A stretch of DNA of 29,234 nucleotides from a virus. This document shows positions 1 through 8,125 of this stretch, piece by piece (within the stretch, counting starts at the first letter, position 1; the number at the start of each line of letters is the position of its first letter). The stretch covers positions 1-29,234 of IMG/VR virus record IMGVR_UViG_3300028284_000023; one strand, written 5' to 3'. Made by a program: the position numbers and the translations under genes. The notes beneath the pieces were generated by a model, which was given only the letters and a program-made list of their open reading frames with translations, was not told the DNA's origin and did no database searches.

Positions 1-127
1 TTTCTAAAAACAGAAAAAGCACAACTATTGATAGAGTAATGTCAAGACTAAATAATTAATAACAACTAAAACTAAATAAAATGAGTGTATCATTAACAAC
101 AACTTATGCTGGAGAATTTAGTGGCAA
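1..127. repeat. Terminal overlap copy A. It is identical to 29108-29234. It holds the 3' end of the scaffold gene (stop at 57-59) and the 5' end of the capsid gene.
   Basis: Compared by eye, base for base: tttctaaaaacag...ggagaatttagtggcaa occurs at both window ends. Confidence 0.95.
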
Positions 128-1016
128 GTATATCGCTGCTGCTTTACTATCTGCTGACACTTTGGACAAGGGTTTAATTACTGTAATGCCAAATGTAAAA
201 TTCAAATCTGTAATTCAGAAGGCTTCAACTGATGACATCGTAAAAGATGCAACTTGTGACTTCCAAACTGGACAAGGAACATTAACTTTAACAGAAGCTA
301 TCCTTGAGCCTAAAGAATTTCAAGTAAACCTTGACATCTGTAGAAAAACATTACATTCTTCGTGGGAAGCCGAGCAAATGGGGTACAGTGCTTTTGATAA
401 CTTAGCTCCAAACTTTGCTGATTTCGTACTTGCTCACGTTGCTGCAAAAGTGGCTGACCGAACAGAAAAAAGTATCTGGTCTGGAGATGGCGGAGATAGT
501 GGGCAATTTGACGGTTTCTCAATTAAGTTAGATACAGATGCTAACCTACCAGCTGGGCAAGATTTATCAGGTGCTGCAATTACAGCTGCAAATGTAGTGG
601 CTGAACTAGGTGCTGTAGTAGATGCAATTCCTACCGCTGTTTATGGCTCAGAAGATTTATATCTTTACGCAGCTTCGGACGTTATTCGCGCTTATACTCG
701 TGCTTTAGGAGGATTCCAATCAGGTGGACAAGGTGCTAACGGATACGAAAACAAAGGAAACAACCAATCTTTAGGTTCTTTATTCTTTGACGGTATTCCT
801 GTTGTACCAGCAAGAGGTGCTGCTAACGGAACTATTATCGCTGCTGAAAAATCTAACTTATTCTTTGGAACTGGTCTATTAAATGACTTGAACGAAGTAC
901 GAGTAATTGATATGGCAGAGAATGACGGTTCACAGAATGTTCGTGTAGTAATGAGATTTACTAGTGGCGTGGCTTATGCACAAGTTACTGACATCGTTTA
1001 CAGAAAAACTGTATAA
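81..1016 (+). CDS. Major capsid protein (presumed HK97 fold)
   Basis: 311 aa ORF directly after the E-rich scaffold-like gene. It is followed by a strong rho-independent terminator. The N-terminal pattern resembles phage major capsid families from memory, with no search done. Confidence 0.7.
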   Translation: MSVSLTTTYAGEFSGKYIAAALLSADTLDKGLITVMPNVKFKSVIQKASTDDIVKDATCDFQTGQGTLTLTEAILEPKEFQVNLDICRKTLHSSWEAEQMGYSAFDNLAPNFADFVLAHVAAKVADRTEKSIWSGDGGDSGQFDGFSIKLDTDANLPAGQDLSGAAITAANVVAELGAVVDAIPTAVYGSEDLYLYAASDVIRAYTRALGGFQSGGQGANGYENKGNNQSLGSLFFDGIPVVPARGAANGTIIAAEKSNLFFGTGLLNDLNEVRVIDMAENDGSQNVRVVMRFTSGVAYAQVTDIVYRKTV

Positions 1017-1038
1017 TAATTAACTAATCAAATTTAAA

Positions 1039-1066
1039 GGGGTGGGTTCTGCCTACCCTTTTTTAT
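1039..1066 (+). terminator. Rho-independent terminator after the capsid gene
   Basis: 7-bp stem gggtggg/cctaccc (one G-U pair), 5-nt loop, then TTTTTT. Confidence 0.75.
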
Positions 1067-1084
1067 TTAAAAAACTTTAAAAAT

Positions 1085-1612
1085 ATGGGATGCTTAATAA
1101 CTAGCGGACGTAAAGTACCTTGTAAATCGGCAGTAGGTGGAATTAAAACTATCTACTTTGCAGATTATGGAACTTTAGGAGATGCAACAATCGTAGCGGG
1201 AGAAATTACCGCAGTAGCTGGAAGCCCTGTTTGGTTTCAGTTTGATGTAAAAGGTAACAGTTCAATGGAAACTGCTATTACTTCAAGTCGTGAAAACGGA
1301 ACAACTTTCTACGATACAACACTTAATATGACTTTGACCTTTCAAGACAAAGCTACACAAGAAGAACTTAAATTAATCGCTCACGCACGTCCACACGTAG
1401 CTGTTGAAGATTATAACGGTAATTTCTTTTTAGTAGGTCTTGAAAATGGTGGCGATGTAAACGGTGGGACAATCGTTACAGGTGCTGCAATGGGAGATTT
1501 AACAGGTTACACATTAACGGTAAATGCACAAGAAACTGCACCCCCTTACTTTGTAACATCAACTGTAATTACTGACGATGCTTCAGCGGTTCAAATTGAC
1601 CCAACGGCTTAA
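1085..1612 (+). CDS. Putative major tail (tube) protein
   Basis: 175 aa gene bracketed by terminators, which suggests an abundant structural product. The genome also carries a frameshifted chaperone and a tape-measure-like gene, implying a long tail. The function is an inference. Confidence 0.35.
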   Translation: MGCLITSGRKVPCKSAVGGIKTIYFADYGTLGDATIVAGEITAVAGSPVWFQFDVKGNSSMETAITSSRENGTTFYDTTLNMTLTFQDKATQEELKLIAHARPHVAVEDYNGNFFLVGLENGGDVNGGTIVTGAAMGDLTGYTLTVNAQETAPPYFVTSTVITDDASAVQIDPTA

Positions 1613-1634
1613 TTAGTACTTTTACTTATAAATC

Positions 1635-1665
1635 AGGGTTATCTTAACGGATAGCCCTTTTTTTA
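1635..1665 (+). terminator. Rho-independent terminator
   Basis: Stem agggttatc/gatagccct (one G-U pair), 6-nt loop, then T7. Confidence 0.75.
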
Positions 1666-1696
1666 TACCTACACAATACAAAATATTTGTTTTTTA

Positions 1697-1709
1697 TTTA
1701 TATATTAAT
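1697..1709 (+). promoter_or_regulatory. Conserved ATG-abutting motif TTTATATATTAAT (copy 1 of 5)
   Basis: Identical 13-mer plus ATG at 19358-19373. Close variants lie at 15972, 26886 and 28536, all ending exactly at the start codon. Confidence 0.5.
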
Positions 1710-2060
1710 ATGAAGTTAATTAACACAAGCGGAAACAAAACCTTTAAGATAATTCCAAGAGAATTTACAGTAGGCACATTAAACCTAAAATTGACTAGTG
1801 AAAGTACAAACAAAACTATTACGGTTGATGCTACTTCGGTTATTGATGGGAACTATATTTCTTTTGATGCTGTTTTTGGTGCTTTAACTGAAAGCGATTT
1901 TTATATATTAGACGTTGTTTATTCAAACAATATAATTTATAAGGATAAGATTTTTTGCACAGACCAAGCAATAAACCAAAGTAATGATGAATATTATAGC
2001 GTCAATAAAGATAAGTATATAAGTGAAGAAAGTTCGGATAACGAATTTATAATAATATAA
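1710..2060 (+). CDS. Hypothetical protein (probably structural)
   Basis: 116 aa ORF in the morphogenesis block, preceded by the conserved motif. Confidence 0.6.
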   Translation: MKLINTSGNKTFKIIPREFTVGTLNLKLTSESTNKTITVDATSVIDGNYISFDAVFGALTESDFYILDVVYSNNIIYKDKIFCTDQAINQSNDEYYSVNKDKYISEESSDNEFIII

Positions 2061-2062
2061 AT

Positions 2063-3880
2063 ATGAACGATTTAAGAATAGTAAATTTAAGTACTTACAC
2101 AACTCCAGAAATTGTTGAGAAATCAAACAAAGAATGGGTTAGTTATGGTTCTGATAACAATTATTTTAAGTATTTAATTGACCGCTATAATGGTAGTCCA
2201 ACAAATAACGCTATTATTAACGGTATTAGTGAAATGATTTACGGACGTGGACTAGATGCATTAAACTCAAATAAGAAGCCAGAGCAGTACGCTAAAATGA
2301 TTTCTTTGTTTCATAAAGATATGGTTCGTAAATTATGCTATGACCTTAAACTTATGGGTCAGTGCGCTATGCAAGTCATTTACTCTAAGGATAAAAAAAC
2401 TATTGCACAAGTTGAGCATATACCTGTTGAAAACTTAAGAGCAGAAAAATGTAATGACAAAGGCGAGATAGAAGCTTATTATTATGCTGATGATTGGAAG
2501 AAGGTTAAAAATGTAGGTCACACAACTAGAATACCATCTTTTGGAAGTAGTTCTGAAAACATAGAGATTATTTATGTAAAGCCGTATCGTGCTGGTTATA
2601 AGTACTATAGCAGTCCAGATTATGCTGGAGGACTTCAATATGCTGAGCTCGAACAGGAAATCTCGAACTATCATTTAAACAATATCCTGAACGGATTAGC
2701 TCCTTCAATGTTAATAAATTTTAACAATGGTACACCAAACGCTGAAGAACGCCAAGCCCTAGAAAACCGTATATATTCTAAATTTTCTGGGAGTAGCAAT
2801 GCTGGTAAGTTCATTTTAGCATTTAATGACAATCCAGAAAGTGCAGCAACGATTGAGCCAATACAATTAAGTGAAGCACATCAACAATATCAATTTTTAA
2901 GTGATGAAAGTTCTAAAAAAGTAATGGTTGCTCATAGGGTTGTTAGTCCTATGCTTTTAGGTATTAAAGATAATAGCGGACTTGGTAATAATGCACAAGA
3001 ATTAATTACAGCTAGCACCTTAATGGATAACACCGTTATAAGACCATTTCAGATGCTCTTAATAGATGCTTTTGATTCTATACTAGCATTTAATCAAATG
3101 AGCCTTAAACTGTACTTTAAAACGCTTCAACCGTTAGAATTTACAGACTTAGAAAACGTTGAGGACGCTGAAACAAGAGAAGAAGAAACAGGGGTTAAAC
3201 TTAGCCAAGAATTACCAGATGAATTGGGAAGTGATATTGCTGATGAATTAATTCACTTAGGAGAGAGCGAAGAAGAACTACTAGCTGAATATGATTTAGT
3301 AGATGAAAGCGAAGTTGATTATGAACTAAATGACGAACTAGATGAGGTTATAACAGACTTAAACACTGAACCAGAAGAAGATGAAACAACGTTGTCTAAA
3401 ATATGGAATTTTGTAAGTACTGGAACGGCTAAACCAAACGCAAAAAGTACACAAGATGGCAAATCAAAACAAGATAGTCAAAAAGGTGTACAGTTCTTAG
3501 TACGTTATTCTTATGCACCTGAAAAAGCTGGGTCAAACAGCAGACAGTTTTGTTCTAAAATGATAGGAGCTAAAAAAGTTTACCGCAAAGAGGATATTGT
3601 ATCAATGGGCAAAAAGTCTGTAAACGCTGGTTTTGGCAAAGGTGGCTCAGATACATACTCTATATGGTTATATAAAGGCGGTGCTAGATGCAATCATAAG
3701 TGGTTCAGAAAGACCTATCAAATTAAAGAAGGTGAAAAAAGCCAAATAACAAGCGGTCAAGCTAAAAGTAAAGGTTTTAAAATGCCTAAGAACGCACAGA
3801 AAGTACCAGTAGCACCAAAGGATATGAAGTATAAAGGTTATACTGCTGAATATTGGAACAAAATGAAATTCAAAAACTAA
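2063..3880 (+). CDS. Portal protein fused to a C-terminal MuF/SPP1-gp7-like minor head domain
   Basis: 605 aa. The N-terminal ~370 aa is portal-like by size and context. An acidic linker (EDAETREEE...EPEEDE) follows, then a basic C-terminus with SRQFC...GGARCNHKW, which resembles the Cys/His motif of Phage_Mu_F. Confidence 0.6.
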   Translation: MNDLRIVNLSTYTTPEIVEKSNKEWVSYGSDNNYFKYLIDRYNGSPTNNAIINGISEMIYGRGLDALNSNKKPEQYAKMISLFHKDMVRKLCYDLKLMGQCAMQVIYSKDKKTIAQVEHIPVENLRAEKCNDKGEIEAYYYADDWKKVKNVGHTTRIPSFGSSSENIEIIYVKPYRAGYKYYSSPDYAGGLQYAELEQEISNYHLNNILNGLAPSMLINFNNGTPNAEERQALENRIYSKFSGSSNAGKFILAFNDNPESAATIEPIQLSEAHQQYQFLSDESSKKVMVAHRVVSPMLLGIKDNSGLGNNAQELITASTLMDNTVIRPFQMLLIDAFDSILAFNQMSLKLYFKTLQPLEFTDLENVEDAETREEETGVKLSQELPDELGSDIADELIHLGESEEELLAEYDLVDESEVDYELNDELDEVITDLNTEPEEDETTLSKIWNFVSTGTAKPNAKSTQDGKSKQDSQKGVQFLVRYSYAPEKAGSNSRQFCSKMIGAKKVYRKEDIVSMGKKSVNAGFGKGGSDTYSIWLYKGGARCNHKWFRKTYQIKEGEKSQITSGQAKSKGFKMPKNAQKVPVAPKDMKYKGYTAEYWNKMKFKN

Positions 3881-4381
3881 ATGGCAACAGCATTATTTAT
3901 ATCAAGAACTGACTTAGTAAGAAATTCTATCTTAGATGGGAATGTTGATACTGATAAGTTTATACAGTTTATAAAACTAGGTCAAGAAATTGACATACAA
4001 AACTTACTAGGAACTGATTTATACAACCGAATAAGTACGGATATTGAAAACAGTACTTTATCTGGGGACTATTTAGCACTTGTAAGTGATTATATACAGC
4101 CAACCCTTATATGGTTCGCTCAGGTTAATTATATTCCATTTGCGGCATATCAAATTAAGAATGGCGGAGTGTTTAAGCATTCAAGCGAAACCGCTGAAAA
4201 CGTTAATAAAAATGAAGTTGATTATTTAGTCGGTAAAGCTAGAGAATACGCTCGTTATTATTCGACTAGATTAGTTGATTACCTTTGCGATAATAGTTCA
4301 AAATTTCCTGAATATACAAGCAACTCAGGTTCGGATATAAGTCCAGACTCAGACACAGTTTATAACAGCTGGGTTTTATGA
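3881..4381 (+). CDS. Putative head-tail connector/adaptor protein
   Basis: 166 aa ORF immediately after the portal gene. The function comes from position only. Confidence 0.3.
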   Translation: MATALFISRTDLVRNSILDGNVDTDKFIQFIKLGQEIDIQNLLGTDLYNRISTDIENSTLSGDYLALVSDYIQPTLIWFAQVNYIPFAAYQIKNGGVFKHSSETAENVNKNEVDYLVGKAREYARYYSTRLVDYLCDNSSKFPEYTSNSGSDISPDSDTVYNSWVL

Positions 4382-4500
4382 AGTACAAAGTCAAAGAAAT
4401 AAACGTTAAGCGTTTAAAAAAATATATAGGACTTAAAGCAAACGAAGAATACGCTAAACAGTTTTATAATGAAATGAAATTGAAATACAAAAATAAATGA
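4378..4500 (+). CDS. Small basic hypothetical protein (40 aa), not in the ORF track
   Basis: Hand translation: MKYKVKEINVKRLKKYIGLKANEEYAKQFYNEMKLKYKNK. It has ATGA overlaps with both neighbours (4378-4381 and 4497-4500). Confidence 0.5.
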   Translation: MKYKVKEINVKRLKKYIGLKANEEYAKQFYNEMKLKYKNK

Positions 4501-4949
4501 TTTCTACAAATAACCTTATAAGAGCGAAGTCAGTAGAATACACAAGCAGAGGTTTAACGACTGAAAAAATAAGCGTTACTTGGCGGCATTATATCAGTGG
4601 TGTTAATACCTACACGCTTTTTGATACTGGTTCTAGTACAACGTTTCCATTTGCTTATGGTGGTATTCCAGTTCCCTTTAATGGTTATTTTAGTCAATTT
4701 CAAATATCGTCAATGCCTTACAGTTCTAGGCAGTTTCCTAGTGGAAGCTCTTTGACTTTAAGTGTTTATGTAGATGGTGTTTTAAAAGGTAGTGAAACAG
4801 GTACTTATGGAAACAACGTAAGGGAATCAGTTGTTTTAGATTTTGGAAGGTCAATAGAAATAAATAGAGGCGAAACAGTAACGTTAAGGCTACAAGTGAA
4901 CGGTCAATGGTGGTACTGTGGTACTACTTCAATAATAATAGAAAGATAA
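4497..4949 (+). CDS. Hypothetical virion protein
   Basis: 150 aa ORF, translationally coupled on both sides. Confidence 0.6.
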   Translation: MISTNNLIRAKSVEYTSRGLTTEKISVTWRHYISGVNTYTLFDTGSSTTFPFAYGGIPVPFNGYFSQFQISSMPYSSRQFPSGSSLTLSVYVDGVLKGSETGTYGNNVRESVVLDFGRSIEINRGETVTLRLQVNGQWWYCGTTSIIIER

Positions 4950-6193
4950 TGGAAAACCCAATACTAGCATTAATACCTAGCGGATATAAAAACGGCAAAG
5001 TTTACTCTGTTTTACCAGTTGATGGTGATGGAGATTTTGATTTTTTTAGGTTTGGCGATGCAACTAGAGTAAAAGAAAACGGTTTAATTGAAACAATTGT
5101 AGGCTCAAATAACCCTCGCTTGAATTGGAGTGGTGATTGCCCTAGCCTTTTAATGGAAGGAAGTAGAACAAACAGGCAATTAAGAAGCGAAGAATTTAAC
5201 AATGCTTTATGGCTAAAAACAAGAACAACTGTAACGGCACAAGAAGCCCTTTCACCAGAAGGAACTGAAACCGCTGACAAATTAGAATGTAATTCGTCTA
5301 GCGTTCTTGGAATGAGAGTTAGGGGGTCTGCTTCAATTACAAGCGGTTCAACTATTGTTTTATCAGTTTTTGCTAAAAGAGGAAATGCTACATATTGCAA
5401 CTTAGCTTTGTTTAATGACGCTACCACAGATTATTCAAGTATATTTTTTGATTTAGGAAAAGGAGAATCTTTCACCCCTCAAACAACTGGAAGCGAAATA
5501 ACGTTAATAGATAACAGTATTGAATCTTTTACAAATGGGTGGTATAGAATATCCATCACTTGTGAAACTTCTGGAAACACAACTGTAAGACCTTATATTT
5601 ACGGAACAACATCAAATGGAAATCTTACTGTCACTAAAGGCGATTATAATTATTTCTGGGGAGCACAACTTGAAGAAGGTAACTATTTAAGCAGCTACAT
5701 TAAAACGGAAGGAAGTACCGTTACAAGAGCGTTGGAGCGTAAGGTTAAAGCTGAAACAGATTTTAACAAAAATAAAGGAGTAGTTTTTTTAGACGTTAAA
5801 CCTTTTGCGGTTGCTTCTAGTGATACACTTGGTAACGTAATAAATTTACGAGGTGGTACATTTAATTTAATACAATTCGCGTTTAAAACCTCAAACGTTT
5901 TACAGTTTTTTATAAATGAGTTTCCTAGTTCTCCAATAGTTAATTATAATTTTACGCACAATGGCGGAAGGCTTAAAGTAGCGGTTAAATGGGATAGTGG
6001 AAGCTATAAGCTTTTTGCGAACGGACAACTTTTAAATAGTTATTTAGACACAAATAGATTATTTAGTTCATTAAACATATTTCAATTTCAAGGGAATGAT
6101 GACTACTTAAATTTTGAAGGAGAGATTTACAATTCACAAGTTTTTGGGAACGCATTAACAGATGCGGAAATTATAACACTAACAACATTATGA
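4949..6193 (+). CDS. Putative tail fibre / receptor-binding protein with lectin (LamG/concanavalin-like) domains
   Basis: The C-terminus GEIYNSQVFGNALTDAEIITL looks like a LamG-type ending. The internal motif WGAQLEEGNYLSSYIKTEGSTVTR is common in phage fibre proteins. I placed the start at the TAATG-coupled ATG 4949 rather than 4907. Confidence 0.45.
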   Translation: MENPILALIPSGYKNGKVYSVLPVDGDGDFDFFRFGDATRVKENGLIETIVGSNNPRLNWSGDCPSLLMEGSRTNRQLRSEEFNNALWLKTRTTVTAQEALSPEGTETADKLECNSSSVLGMRVRGSASITSGSTIVLSVFAKRGNATYCNLALFNDATTDYSSIFFDLGKGESFTPQTTGSEITLIDNSIESFTNGWYRISITCETSGNTTVRPYIYGTTSNGNLTVTKGDYNYFWGAQLEEGNYLSSYIKTEGSTVTRALERKVKAETDFNKNKGVVFLDVKPFAVASSDTLGNVINLRGGTFNLIQFAFKTSNVLQFFINEFPSSPIVNYNFTHNGGRLKVAVKWDSGSYKLFANGQLLNSYLDTNRLFSSLNIFQFQGNDDYLNFEGEIYNSQVFGNALTDAEIITLTTL

Positions 6194-6498
6194 GAATAGG
6201 CAAATACGAGTTTAAAAGTAAAGAGCAAGTTCAAGATAAGATTGAAGATTTACCAGAAGGTAGTTTTTTAATAGTTGAACTAGGGCATATAGTTTTAAAG
6301 GAAGGCGAATACGAATTAAACGAAGATGAAGAAATGCAGTTAATTAAAGAACCTGTATTTAGTGACAAGTATCACGTTGATGTTATCTGGTACGATATAG
6401 AAAGTCACCCATACGGTTGGAAAACTTACAGTTGTGACTTGGATAGCGAAGGAATGCACAAATTTTCTGGCATTCCGTATTTAGAAAACAAAATATAA
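6190..6498 (+). CDS. Hypothetical protein
   Basis: 102 aa ORF with an ATGA overlap upstream and a TAATG overlap downstream. Confidence 0.6.
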   Translation: MRIGKYEFKSKEQVQDKIEDLPEGSFLIVELGHIVLKEGEYELNEDEEMQLIKEPVFSDKYHVDVIWYDIESHPYGWKTYSCDLDSEGMHKFSGIPYLENKI

Positions 6499-6656
6499 TG
6501 ACATTACAAGATTTGAAAATAGGCTTTTTAAACGCTATCACTTTAGGGGTTAGCTTTACACATATAGAAAATAGTTTAAAGGTTATATTGCTATTATTGT
6601 CAATAGGATATACAGCACAAAAGATATACGAAACGCATAAGAAAAAGAATGACTAA
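6498..6656 (+). CDS. Putative holin (52 aa), not in the ORF track
   Basis: Hand translation: MTLQDLKIGFLNAITLGVSFTHIENSLKVILLLLSIGYTAQKIYETHKKKND. It has two hydrophobic segments and a charged C-terminal tail. It overlaps the start of the endolysin gene. Confidence 0.55.
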   Translation: MTLQDLKIGFLNAITLGVSFTHIENSLKVILLLLSIGYTAQKIYETHKKKND

Positions 6657-7032
6657 AAACTTTAAAAAAAGTGAGTTTGATTGCAAATGTGGTTGTGAAA
6701 TGCCTAGCGATGTTTTGGTTAATATTACCAAACTAGCAAATCAATTACAGTATGTTAGGGACAACGTAGCAATGCCTATAACGATTAATAGTGCTTATAG
6801 ATGTGAAGCACATAATAGTTCAGATGCAGTTAAAGGGTCAAAAAACTCTCAACACTTACTAGGTAAAGCTGCTGATATAGTTATTCAAGGACTTGACCCA
6901 GTTTTAGATACTTACGACTATTTAGAAGAACTGATTTTATCTGGGGAAATACTTCAAGGCGGCTTAGGTATGTACCAAACCTTTACACATTACGATATTA
7001 GAAAAACTAAAGCACGTTGGAACAATGCCTAA
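6649..7032 (+). CDS. Endolysin, peptidase M15A-like (zinc D-Ala-D-Ala carboxypeptidase fold)
   Basis: Motifs SAYRCEAHN, SQHLLGKAADI and FTHYD match the M15 H-x6-D...H zinc site. Confidence 0.8.
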   Translation: MTKNFKKSEFDCKCGCEMPSDVLVNITKLANQLQYVRDNVAMPITINSAYRCEAHNSSDAVKGSKNSQHLLGKAADIVIQGLDPVLDTYDYLEELILSGEILQGGLGMYQTFTHYDIRKTKARWNNA

Positions 7033-7504
7033 ATACAAAGAACAAAACGGAACTACAAGAGTAGGCGATGCACTACGTTGGTTATTAAAACAAGGTAAAG
7101 AAGTAGCACCAGAACTTTTAAAAATAGCGTCTAACGTCACAGGGATTGAAGCCTTAGAATTATTAGCAAATAAAATCGGAGCTGATACCGTTTTAAGTGA
7201 AACAGATAAACAACTTTTATTAGAAGAACTAAACTTTGATAAAATAGAAATGCAAGAAACCACAAAACGATGGGTTTCAGATAACAATACAGACAGTTAT
7301 TTAACACGCAATATAAGACCTTTAACACTAGCTTTTTTAACCGCTACGCTATTTATATACATAATATTAGATAGTTCTTTAGATGGCTTTAAAATATCTT
7401 CTGATTGGATTGATTTACTTAGTTCTTTATTGCTTTTGGTTTATGGCGGTTATTTTGGTATGCGTTCAGCAGAGAAAATAACAAAGCATTGGAAAAATAA
7501 ATAA
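7025..7504 (+). CDS. Membrane protein of the lysis cassette (possible second holin or lysis accessory)
   Basis: 159 aa. The C-terminal half has two hydrophobic helices (LTLAFLTATLFIYIIL and LLSSLLLLVYGGYFGM). It overlaps the endolysin stop. Confidence 0.35.
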   Translation: MPKYKEQNGTTRVGDALRWLLKQGKEVAPELLKIASNVTGIEALELLANKIGADTVLSETDKQLLLEELNFDKIEMQETTKRWVSDNNTDSYLTRNIRPLTLAFLTATLFIYIILDSSLDGFKISSDWIDLLSSLLLLVYGGYFGMRSAEKITKHWKNK

Positions 7505-7602
7505 CTTTTTTCTTTTTTAATTAAAATAAAAGATATAACTTTGAATTTTTTGTTAAGCTCATTAATTAGCTAAACGTTTTTGTTGCCCTTAAAGGCATAA
7601 AA

Positions 7603-7652
7603 AAACAAATACCAAAACAAATAGATAAATATAAATCTAAACAAATAGATAA
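7603..7652 (+). repeat. Iterated AAACAAATAGATAA boxes in the 170-bp late/early intergenic region
   Basis: Exact 14-mers at 7615-7628 and 7639-7652, plus a 9-nt partial copy at 7603-7611. The start-to-start spacings are 12 and 24 nt. Confidence 0.6.
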
Positions 7653-7674
7653 GATATCTGGGAACTATTCAAAA

Positions 7675-8070
7675 ATGGCAAAAAGAACACAACGCAAAAA
7701 ACTAGTAGATAAGTTAGATAAGGTTTTTAGTATATATATAAGGCGAAGGTATGCCGATAATGATGTAGCTGAGTGCTTCACTTGTGGTAAACAAGACCAT
7801 TGGAAGAAACTACAAAACGGACACTTTCAAAGCCGTAAACACTATTCTACTAGGTGGCACGAACAGAATTGCCAAGTTCAGTGTGCTGGTTGTAATGTGT
7901 TCAGATACGGAGAACAATATAAATTTTCTAAGAATTTAGATAACACTTATTATAGTGGTTTAGCAGAAGAACTACATATAGAAGCAAATAAAACAGTTAA
8001 ACTAGATAACACAGATTTAGAAATGTTAATAGAAAAATATGAATTGTTAATTAAACAACTAGATACTTAA
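7675..8070 (+). CDS. ninG: NinG-like recombination protein
   Basis: FSIYIRRR...CFTCGK...NGHFQSRKHYSTRW...QCAGCNVFRYG matches the lambda NinG Cys/His pattern. Confidence 0.75.
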   Translation: MAKRTQRKKLVDKLDKVFSIYIRRRYADNDVAECFTCGKQDHWKKLQNGHFQSRKHYSTRWHEQNCQVQCAGCNVFRYGEQYKFSKNLDNTYYSGLAEELHIEANKTVKLDNTDLEMLIEKYELLIKQLDT

Positions 8071-8125
8071 TGTATCTTTGTCAAGTATTGTTTTTGTTTT
8101 AATATCGGCTAACCGCCAAACTAAG

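Noticed and set aside
1671-1696. AATATTTG upstream of gene 1710, considered as a host-type -7 box.
   Set aside because: It does not fit TAnnTTTG, because the TA is shifted, and it lacks a -33 TTTG. The adjacent conserved TTATATAT motif is the better-supported signal.
4907-4948. Upstream start codons offered by the ORF track (ATG 4907, TTG 10852, ATG 14673).
   Set aside because: In each case an in-frame ATG forms a TAATG or ATGA overlap with the preceding stop (4949, 10876, 14691). This matches the genome-wide coupling pattern and avoids 20-40 nt overlaps.
8073-8080. TATCTTTG (TAnnTTTG-like) box right after the NinG stop codon.
   Set aside because: It lies upstream of the 8126-8155 terminator, has no TTTG partner at the right spacing and no gene to drive. 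It is probably a chance match in AT-rich DNA.
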